Positions 11,436-21,599 of a stretch of 64,000 bases of DNA are shown piece by piece. The notes beneath the pieces are model-generated. The model saw only the letters and a program-made list of their open reading frames with translations, made no database searches and had not been told where the DNA came from. Every line of letters starts with the position of its first letter. The stretch's first letter is position 1. The stretch is from Chlorokybus atmophyticus. Taxonomy: Eukaryota > Plantae > Mesostigma and Chlorokybus algae. The position numbers were made by a program, and so were the translations under genes. Location: the NCBI GenBank assembly GCA_009103225.1, contig RHPI01001737.1:926091-990090 (forward strand), written 5' to 3'.

Positions 11436-12900
11436 TGAGAGAGACGACTACAAGATGGAGTCTTCCACCTCAATCACATCCCTGCGCTTCTCCAGACGTG
11501 CTGGCACTACCTTGCTGGACGAATTCATCATCAAGTTCCATTTCAAGATGCGACAGTCAGCTCTGAAGAATAAAGACTGGTCAGATGAGATGTCTTTCCA
11601 CATTGCTACTCAGTATCTGGACCATACAGCACACAATGTCTGAAAGTCTGTTGTTGAACCTTGGAGTTGATGGCTATAACGAGCTCGCCAGCACCATAGC
11701 ATCTGCGTCATTGCACAGTTCAGCAGTCATCTTTCCACATGCCACTCCCGCTGCAATCACCAGCTTGTTCATAATTGCAGCCATCGACAGGGCAGAGGAG
11801 GAGGAGCCAAAGTTGGTAATTGTCAACCTGACCCCTTCAGAGATTGAGACCAAGACAACCGCACGACGGGCCCGGATCCCGGACCGTTCGGCTGCTATCT
11901 TTGAAGAACAGCGAGCTGCAGCCGTTAAGGTGGGCACACCTCTACCTTTGGCAGCACCTGGCTCTCGTGCGAGAAGCAGTGCTTTCGCCCTCGGGTCAGT
12001 TGCACTACACGCACCAGCCATCACCGTAGGTGCTGCCATCTCTGACTCTCCACTCCAGAACCTATACACTGCACTTCGTTGCACCTTCCCACTGCAGACC
12101 ACCAGCAAAGTGGAGGAGTTGAGACGGTTCGACGCAAGCCCTTCGAGGACCCTCTGCGCCTATACTTCAGACTGGAAGGGCTGTTGAAGGACACTGACTA
12201 CAAGATCGTCAGTGACAAGGCTGCTGCAGTGGTGTATGTCAATGAGTTGGATGCCACCCTGAGCGAGTCGACGCGCCTAACCCTGAACTACAGCAAGCCC
12301 CTTGGCTACACGCTCAAGGAAGCTTTCGAGATTGCGCAAGCCATCCACAAGCGCTTGGTGTATGAGAAGGCAGTGCTGGACACCAACCGCAGTGCCTCAC
12401 GGCCTGTAGCCATCACAACTACTGAGCCTCCTCGCCGCTAGGGTGGCTGGGACGCTTCACCAGCACGCGACAAAGGGAAACGGTCAGCTCATACTGCTTT
12501 GCCTGCCAGTGTTATGTGTCATCGCTGTGGATGGCATGGGCATTACCAAAAGGAGCGCACCAAAGAATACTCAACCCAAGTCTGCGACTACTGTCACAAG
12601 ACGGGTCACTTGGAGTCAGTCTGCTGGCTCAAGTTCCCTGAGTTGAGACCTGCCAACAGCTACAGCAACAACTACTCTGGTGGCTACAACAACAACAACA
12701 CTGGGGGCCACAACGGCAACAACTCTGGTGGCTACATTAGCACCAACACTGCAGGCCACAACGGCAACAACTCTGGTGGCTATAATAGCAACCACACCGG
12801 CAACCATAACAACAACAACAATTACGCCAACGCTCACAAGGAAGAGCAAGGCTATAGGAAAAATCGTCCTCCTCAGTGCAAGGGACTGGAAGGACGTCCG
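11436..12900 (+). pseudogene. Element B gag with two CCHC zinc knuckles and N/G/Y-rich repeats
   Basis: CHRCGWHGHYQKE(R)T and CDYCHKTGHLESVCW knuckles. Upstream Gag-like segments are broken by stops and frameshifts. Confidence 0.8.
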
Positions 12901-15279
12901 CACGCTGTTATTGCCGCCAAGGCTTTAGCCAACCCGCAAGCTGATGACCATATTGTTGCCCTTATGCCGCGTATGGCACACATGGAGGAAGACAAAGAGC
13001 AGAACTACCGCGCCTGCTACTCTGCCCGATGGGCACTAATGGCTCCGAAGCGCACGAGAGACACGAGCACTCCGTCACGCGTTCAACCATCTCAACGAGC
13101 ACGAGGGGAAGCCGCAACAGCGTCAGTGGCTACCTCCTCTGAAGCCACCAGTGGTGCTGCATCAGCAGCAACAGCCACACCGGCTACGACATCAACTCCG
13201 CAAATGCAAGCAGTAACTACTCCAGTTGCACTAGGAGTTGGTACATCAGTGGGCATCGTGACGCTAACACTGGTGAGCACGATGGCGACAGCCACTGTTG
13301 TCACCGACTCTGCAGCAGTACATCGCACCGGTCTCGCTGCAGCGGGACCATCTGTGTCAGCGAGCGTCGAGACCACTCTCGTTCCACTGATCGGCACTAT
13401 CGCAACCATTGTCAGTGCCATTGTCGAGCCCGCTGTCACTGCACCGACGCGCGCAGCTACGTTGCCCACCCTCGGCGTCACTCAGGCTGTCCCGCAAGGT
13501 CAGCAAGCTGAGCGCATGGGAGACCATCATGCGTGGAGCAGATCCCACTACCATTGCTTTTGAGCGAGGAGGAGAGCGCACCACGCGCATTGAACGCAGT
13601 GATCGTGTCTTCCCGCTGCCTGAGTATCACACCTTGCAAGAGCAAACTCAGCGGCAACTGGGGGATAAAATCCTCGCCGGCACGGCGCCTCTCATGCGAG
13701 ACCGCGTTTTTGTAGTCAGAACACCTGTTGTGCTAGAGTTGACCCTGCAGCTATTCTGGACTCTGCATAACAACATACAGACCGCGTCCACGTCAGCCCG
13801 TACATTTCCGCTGCAAGCCTTTCGATCAAAGTTCGCTGGACACGTATCGAGACCGGCAACCCAACGTGCAGCAGTACATCAGTGATGCAGCTAACATGCC
13901 TTTGGGAAACGTCGCAGCACTCGGGCCCCTCAGTACTGCTCGACTATACGAGCGCTACTCCTCTCTCCTCTGAGCGCTCCGGAACAAGCGTTCACCTGGC
14001 GGCAGGACCAAACTGCAGCCATTAACGCAAGAGCGCAAGCCCTTGTTGCTCCTCGCGCTTCCGTTCCTCAACCAACAATCATTTGCCCATCGTCCAGCAC
14101 GACACCTCTCGCTGTTGCACTTGACATTCACCAAGCAAAGACGCTGGCCTAACCAACCAAGGGGTTGATCGCCCCGCTGTTACCCGCCTTGGTGGAAGAT
14201 TTGCCTGATGCTCAACGAGATCCAGGGAGAGGCTACCTTACACCACAAGGGTGTACACAACGGGATGAAGTGGGCTCAGTTAGAGAACAGCAAATTCGCA
14301 CTGCCCTGTTGCGCCAAGCAACCATGCCACAACGACAAGAAGGCATCGGCCTAAGACGGATGATGGGGATGCGAAAAGGTGGCAATGTCGTGCGAGCGAG
14401 ACTAATGACTTGGCTAGTCATCAATCACCCCGCGGTCCCAATGTTCGCATTCGGCACCAGATTATTATGGTTGGACACCTTCATTCGCTCGCTATGGCAA
14501 GCCTAGGACGAGGTTGCCACGGCAGCCACTGACACCTTAGATGAGCTCACTGAGTTGGCAAGAGGCCATACTGAGTTTGCCAAGAGTGGAAGCAGCGCAA
14601 CAACGCGGACGCATCGCAGCTGCATACAAGCAGCACATCCAACAGCTAGAGATTTACCTCACTATGCGTGCACGAGCGACAACGGTGCTAGAAGTGGGGG
14701 TGGTCAATGGCAGATGGGATGCCTACATGGCAGGGATCCTAAGGGTTCTCAAGATTACCCACGACATCAGAGCGCGACTCTTGCGCGCAGTGTATTTCCA
14801 GCCCATGCCTCAGAATTATCGCGGGAGTGACGTGGTCAACACCCCAACAGCCACATTGGAAGGTACACTGGTTAGGGAGGCGGCTCATGCTGTACGCTAG
14901 ACTAATGTGGAAGAACAGGCTGCACGGGAGGCGGGCCCAACAACACCCGATGTTAAAGAGCTTCCCCCACAGCCACTGGTTACGCCGCCAGGTATGACCC
15001 CGGCCACACAGAGGCGCAATTCTCCTGCGCCACAACCAGGGCAGCCACAGGCAGCACCGCCACCACTCAGGCCGCAGCGGATGTACCAAAAGCCAAGACA
15101 AGGACAGTTCAAGTCAGGCCGCGGACAAAGAGGTTCTCAAGACCCAACCAATTGAGGGGCGCTTGCCGCACTGCGCTCGACACCACCGGACGAGACTGCA
15201 GCAGCAATCACCCCACGCACACGCTATCAACGATTCAAGCGGCTGCGCATCAGCCAACGCAGCCATGATTGCCAACGAA

Positions 15280-15610
15280 GGCAAGCATGTTACCATCAAT
15301 GGTAGAGCACCCAAGCGCGTGATGCTGAACTTTGGAGCCCAGCCTGTCATCATTGGATGTTACCTCGCACTCGACCTCGGTATCACCAGCGCTGAACTGA
15401 TGCTTCGCCCATACATGCTCGACACAGCAACCGGCAGCGTGACAAGGTGATTGGCATCACCAAGCAGGCCCTCTGCATTCGCTTGACAGGGTTAAACCCT
15501 TCCCACAGCACCAAGGTTATACATTAGTGTGTGGTCACCGACGCGGGATCCTTCGACCTGTTGCTGGGACAGGACTTCAACTTTCATGTTGGCATGGGGC
15601 TGGACTGCTG
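15280..15610 (+). pseudogene. Element B retroviral-type aspartic protease
   Basis: HVTINGRAPKRVMLNFGAQPVIIG (D-S/T-G site mutated to N-F-G), with FDLLLGQDF downstream. Confidence 0.75.
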
Positions 15611-16012
15611 CACATAGAGGCATGATTTCGTCCCCATTGGGATGAGGAGGATGGAGAGGTTTAAGAATACCTACTTTTCGAGCTAGTGGCTCGCACTCGC
15701 TCTCACCAAAAGTCAGCTGCAACAGCCACCACTACAGGTCGGCTTCGACAACCACCGACAGGTCAGCAGCGGTAGCCACCCACAAACCTAACCAAGACTC
15801 TCTTATCCCATATGATGATTTCTAGGAGGATGCCACTGAGGAAGTGGCCGAACAGAACGCCGTTGGTGCGCACAAGTGGTCGCACATCTACCAGTATCAG
15901 ACCACGGCGCACTGCATGGTTTCCTTTTTACAAGGATCAAGCTGCATTTTATGAGCAACATCAGGTGGCCACTGGAGTAGTGGAGTTCCACGTGTTTCGC
16001 CAACAACAAAGC

Positions 16013-16930
16013 ATCACCGTGTTGGAGCTGTTTAAAGGTACAGGTGGTGGCCTCGCCGCTGTCCTCAACACCGGCGTGACGGTCACCAAGTACCTCTACT
16101 GTGATTTTAATCCACACGCACAGATTGCCCTGAGCCACCACTTGCGCCACCTACACAAATGCTACCCGCAGCACCTGCCACTATAAACACTGTAAGGCAG
16201 TCTGCAGGCACTACCATAGGCTATCCATTTAATCACCGCGGATCACCTCCTGGAGGTGGGCAACGTCGACCTGCTGATAGCAGGCTGGGAGTGTCAAAGA
16301 CACTCCCAGGCAGCTAGAGGCCAAGGACTCTCCGATCCTCACTCGCCACTGTTCTGGGAGCTGATGCGCGTCATCAAACTTCTGTAGAGCAACCAAATTT
16401 CCAAGCCCCTGGGGTACACCAAGATCGTGCACTCCAAGGACGATAAGCGTCATCACGTGGCCAACAGCTTTTGACAGGTGTGTTCCTTGCTGGGGCATCC
16501 TCTCAAAATAAAAACAGTGCGTCATGGATCCCGTACTCATTGCGTCCGCGCCAAGTGGACCAACCTGGCTACAGTTGAGGATCTCTTCGCTGAATATCTG
16601 CACAGCATTCGTGCCGGGGTGCGCAGCACAACCGGTCACGCGATACGATCACCAGCACTTCTCCTAGTGCAACCAGCCTATACAACGGCGCCATGCGCTC
16701 CCCACTCTAATGTCTAAACCGGGATCATACGCCTTTCGCAACAAAGGCAAAGGCATGGTGTTGGATTCAAACACATATCAGCTTGTGGAACCCAACGCTC
16801 GTGAGCGCGAGCGCGCCATGAGATTTTCATCACGCAATATCACAGGTTTTATGCCGACCAACAGTCAGCAGTGTCAGTTGTTCGGGCGCGTCATGGATTA
16901 GAACAGCATGGTGTGGTTGTTGGAGATGTG
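16013..16930 (+). pseudogene. Element B DNMT3-like C5 cytosine DNA methyltransferase domain
   Basis: Motif I ITVLELFKGTGGG, motif IV VDLLIAGWECQRHS, motif V GQGLSDPHSPLFWELMR, motif VIII GSRTHCVRAKWTNL, motif IX EPNARERERAMRF and motif X QLFGRVMD occur in canonical order. Several in-frame stops and a frameshift. Confidence 0.88.
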
Positions 16931-17199
16931 CTTTGCTCTCCGGGACCGCCATGAGTCCTTACAAGGAGCTCGAACACCTGGCGAGGGGGTGGGCTGATTG
17001 CGTTCAAGAGAACAAAGCAGCACACACCGCCCTTCAGATCGTCTATATGAAGGAGCAGGCAAAAGTCACTGTGGAGGACATTCTAGTGGTTGCCGCTACC
17101 TCCTGGTCTCATACCATCGAACCGCTGGCTACAGGCCAGATTCAAGAACAACTCGAGGCTCTCATGAACAAGTGGAAGAGCTAGTTTAGTGTGAAGGAG

Positions 17200-18060
17200 C
17201 TGGGCATCTGCTGAGTTTATCAGATGGACATCGAGTTGGTGGACACCAAACCGGTGTCCGACGTCAGTGCAGACTCTCCAAGTTGAAAAAAAACTTATTG
17301 GAGCAGAGGTGCAAGGCGCTGTTAGATGCAGGCCTGATTGAGAACTCCACATCGAACTTTGCGGCCGCGACCGTCATGCCCCTGAAGAAGGATTTAGCAG
17401 GCAACTGGACAGACCGGCGAATGTGCGGTAATTACCGCCCCCTCAACAACAAGACCAAGCTAAGTACCCACCCACTAGGATAGGTACCCAATGCCTACTG
17501 CAGAAGGTATCTTTGATGATGTAGGAGACTGTGCAATCTTCAGTAAGTTAGACATGCGCTAAGGGTACAACCAGATCACTATCAAGGAGGAGGACAAGTA
17601 CAAGACCTCCTTCTGGAGCAACCGGCAACTGTTCTAGTGAAATGTCATGCCCTTTGGACTGAAGAATGCTCCAGCCAAGTTCTAGCGCGTAATGGACAAA
17701 AACCTCAAGGGATTGGATTTCGCACGTTGCTACATCGACGACATCCTCATCTTCAGTCGCAGCGATGAGGAGCATCTTGGGCACATCGAGGAGGTGCTAC
17801 AGGCTGAAGGCAGTAGGGATGACGGTGCACCCCGACAAGTGCACCTTCTTTACCCACAATGTACCGTACCTAGGGCACATGATCGTGCCCCACGGTGTGT
17901 ATGTACAGCAGGCCAAGGTGGAGGCATCGGTGGCCATCCCTGCCCCCACAGATCTCACGCGACTGCGTGCTTTCCTCGGCCTTGCCAAATACTACAGACG
18001 GTTCGTTAGGGACTTCGCGACAATTGCGCGGAAACTCAACGAGCTGCTGAGAAAGGACAC
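17200..18060 (+). pseudogene. Element B reverse transcriptase
   Basis: RRMCGNYRPLNNKT, LDMR*GYNQI, VMPFGLKNAPAKF*R, CYIDDILIFS, VPYLGH and RAFLGLAKYYRRFVRDFATIA. Confidence 0.95.
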
Positions 18061-18099
18061 AGAGTTTCTTGTGGAAGGAGGCACAACAAGAGGCCTTCA

Positions 18100-19500
18100 A
18101 AGAGTTGGAGCTCCGACTCACCACAGCTCCCATTCTGTAGCGACCTGACTACAACAGGTCATTCATCCTGCACACAGATTGGAGCAGTGCTCGTGCAGCA
18201 CGATGACAACCAAAAGGAGCGTAGTGTCGTATGCCAGCCGCAGCAACAACAGCGCTAAGGCCAACTACAGCAGTTAAGAGGGGGAGTGTCTTGCCGTTGT
18301 ATGGGCCATCTCCTTCTTCCGCCCCTTTCTGTTTAAACGGCAGTTCCAACTGATCACTGTCATGCGCGAGCATGTAGTGTCATGTGCATGGTGCCCTCGG
18401 GGCTGGCGGCATGGATGGACCCTGGGATTTCGGCTCTCGTAGCCATTTAACAGGGTTTATGTGTTGGATTTTTGTTGGGAACTCATGTTTGGGTCCTCAT
18501 GGACGTGAGGGAGGTGTGTTCGAGGCGTATCTACAGTCAGATACCGAGCTGACAGCATATTTGAGTCATTATAGTATCCCGCGCAGCTGTTTTGAAGTTG
18601 TGACTTTGAGAAGCCATAACTTACAGTTGGAGTGGCGGTTTGGCCGTGGGTTGGCGTCAAAAGATGCGTCTTGAAGTGTACTTGAAGAGGATAGGCTTGG
18701 ATAAGCCTTTCTTAACCGTCTACCGTTACTTATCAACGCCATCATGACTGTTACTATGCTGATGCAGACTGACAGTTTGGGTAGTTGGAGAGTTGGTTGG
18801 GCTTGGGCTCAACGGTGGTATATAAGGCTTTGCTAGCTTGTTTCCTAGCTTGGTTGGATGCAAGTTGGCCTACTGGAGTGCAAGCAACACCTTTAGGAAG
18901 AGGTTCTTGGCTGAGCGGATGCTTGTGCACATGCTTGCATGTATGGTGTGTGTGCACGTGTTCGTTGCTGTGCATAAAGGGGTGTGTGTTGCGACTTTAA
19001 TGCACCGTATGGGCTGCCTTAGCATGTACATTGAGTGAGGATTGAGTTTGGACTGCTCTACACGAGTGAACGGCTGATTGCAAGTCAAGTTGTGGTCATC
19101 TTGCCTACCTTTTGCAAGGGGACACGCATGATGAGCGTGTGAGTCAGCTGAAGGCGCATGAGGGCGTTGGCGCTCAGCTGCAGGGGGTGGTAACACGCAT
19201 CTTTCACTATGTGTGTCTACCATGTGATGAGAGGCAGTGCATGAGATAGCATGACATGGTCTCATGGTGTACAATAGCATGCGGACATGCATGACAAGAT
19301 GGTTTACGACGAGTTCGAGCCACGATGAGGGAAGGCACGACATCACCGACCACCAACCACTGAAGTGGCTGATGACCAACCAGCACTTGACAGGCAAGCT
19401 AGCACGGTGGGCACTACTGCTGCAGGAGTATAACTTCGAGGTGGAGCATCGGGCAGGCCTATGCAACTAGGACGTTGACGGCCTTAGTCGCAACCCCCAC
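18100..19500 (+). pseudogene. Element B RNase H, split by a solo LTR
   Basis: FILHTDWS, EGECLAVVWAISFFRPFLF..FQLI before the insertion, then TDHQPLKWLMT...LARWALLLQEYNFEVEHRAG after it. Confidence 0.92.
18358..19342. mobile_element. Solo LTR of a third family (985 bp)
   Basis: TGTCATG...CACGACA termini with a 4-bp TSD TCAC (18354-18357 and 19343-19346). Removing it restores the LITDH codons. Confidence 0.88.
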
Positions 19501-19959
19501 CTCAGCACCAATGATGCGACAGGAGCCCGACACGAGTGGGGTCCTGCAGCCGCACCTCCAGGTGTAGCGCCCATGTTCGTTGTCGCTGTGCTATGCTCAG
19601 GACGCAAAACCCAGGCCACTGAGGTAGCAGCAGACGAGGACGTGCCTTCTCTCGGGCCCATCGTCACCATCACCGTCACCGACCCCTTATCAGAGGAAGC
19701 GCTTGCCGCCGACCCTGAGGTGGACGAGAGGAGTTGGCACCCACCGACACACGACAAGATATCTGGCTGAACAAGCCATCCCTCGCACTGCTCCGGACTT
19801 GACAATTTTCAGCAGGCATGAGCGCGCGCGAGACGGACCGCGTCGAACAACGCACTCAACGCTATCGCTGGGCCGACGACAAGCTATATCGACGGATACA
19901 GAATGAGGACAAGGAGGTCCCAACATCAGGCGCGCGAGAGGGCATCATCGCTGCCCTAA

Positions 19960-20800
19960 TCCTGGACACTTCAGTGTCAAGTGTACGGCCAGCCTGGTCA
20001 GGACTCAATACTGGTATGGGGTGCACAAACAGGTGCGCGAGTTTGTCAGCGACTGCCAGTGTCACATGGTCCGCGCGAGCCTCAACACGCGCAACGCCAC
20101 CTTGCATCCCCTCCCCGTTTTAGGACTGTTCCACCGCTGGCGACTGGACATCCTCGGGGACTTACGGCCCTTGGCACGAGGTAATCGCTACAACCTCGTC
20201 ATGATCGAGCACTTTCTCAAGTGGGTGGAGCTGGTGCCCCTTCCCGACAAGAGAAGCTAAGAAGTAGCCCAGGCTTTCCTCTCCCATGTACTTGGACGCT
20301 TCGGCAGCTGTGCTGAAGTCATCACCGACCAAGGTACGGAGTTCAGAGGAGCCTTCAACAAGCTCATAGACAGATGATTCATCAACCATCGCCGCACTTC
20401 ACGCGACCATCCACAAGCCGATGGTCTCGCTGAGCGTACCGTGCAGATCATCAAGAAGGCTTTGCGCAAGTATGTCCTTGACTACGAGAAGAACACATGG
20501 GATGACCACCTCCCATGGGTAGCACTGAGTTACTGGCCAAGCAGGCAGCACTGCGGATGTACAGCCCGTACTATTTTCTGTATAAAAGGCAGCCATTGGT
20601 CCCTTTCCGTGCACAGCAGGAGGTCGACCGAGTGGTGGACAAATTTGACAACACCGATGAGATGCTGTATAATTTGACAGTGCGCACCACACTGTTCGAG
20701 CACACTGTCCCCATAACCTTCAACAACCTGCGCATTGCTCAGCGCCGCGACACGCTACACTACAAGCGTGTGCGCAGTGGTTTTGAAAAGGAGCGAGAAC
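19960..20800 (+). pseudogene. Element B integrase (zinc-binding plus DDE core)
   Basis: GHFSVK...YW...VREFVSDC, WRLDIL, VITDQGTEF and HPQADGLAERTVQIIKKAL. Confidence 0.95.
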
Positions 20801-21041
20801 GCCACTTTCAACCAGAAGACTTTGTTGATCCCATGGCGGCCACAAACGACAACCTCGACACCTCCGTCGGGCGCACTGTCTATCCAAGGTATTGAAGGCG
20901 TATCCCACAGGGGTATTGGACCTTCTGGGACAACAAGGCGAGCGCATGAAGGACAACATGGTGAATTGCATGCCCTGTCATTTTCCCCAAATCGCTGGCT
21001 TCGGTAAGATCTAGCAACCGCAACCGATGCGAAGCACCCGC

Positions 21042-21176
21042 TGCGAGAAGCGTGGCAGTGCCGACAACGACCCGGTGATGCTGTTAAACAAAGGATGCAA
21101 CCAAGGCATGCTCTGTTACGGCCTTGACCCTTCATTGGACAAGGTGCCGCTATGGGAGTATTGGTGCGATGACTGC
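21042..21176 (+). pseudogene. Element B C-terminal PHD finger, degenerate
   Basis: CEKRGSADNDPVMLLNKGCNQGMLCYGLDPSLDKVPLWEYWCDDC keeps PHD spacing and the L-x-P-x-L-x-x-V-P...W-x-C-x-x-C signature. Several zinc ligands are substituted. Confidence 0.78.
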
Positions 21177-21599
21177 CGCATCAATGGTCCCCACACAATC
21201 GGTAAAAGCTGAGTCCTGGAGCAGAAGGCTACCCCAGAACTTTTTTGGGGGTGGCTTGTTGACTGTGTTTACTACAGCACAGTAGGTACAGTAAGGAGGA
21301 GAGCGTCACCAGCTCTACTACTGACCGATCCTCACATAGGTTCATCCCCAAGCATGTGCCTATGTCTGGGGGGTTGTCTTTGTTTGTTGCTCAAATGCTG
21401 CGCGCAGCACCAGCATGCCCACGGCATGAGCGCTCGTCTGCAATGTGCCCGAGACGGCGTGACCCTCGACCATGGCAGGCACAACATCTCGCTGCAATAC
21501 ATGCAGTATATCGTATTTAAACCGAGCATGTATAACACCATGCGTACGCAAAATAGATGTAATGTACAAACCAACGTTACTACGCGCAGTGGCTATGGC

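Noticed and set aside
11674-13590. Long antisense ORFs in element B
   Set aside because: These are shadow frames of GC-rich, Ala/Thr-rich coding sequence with no motifs.
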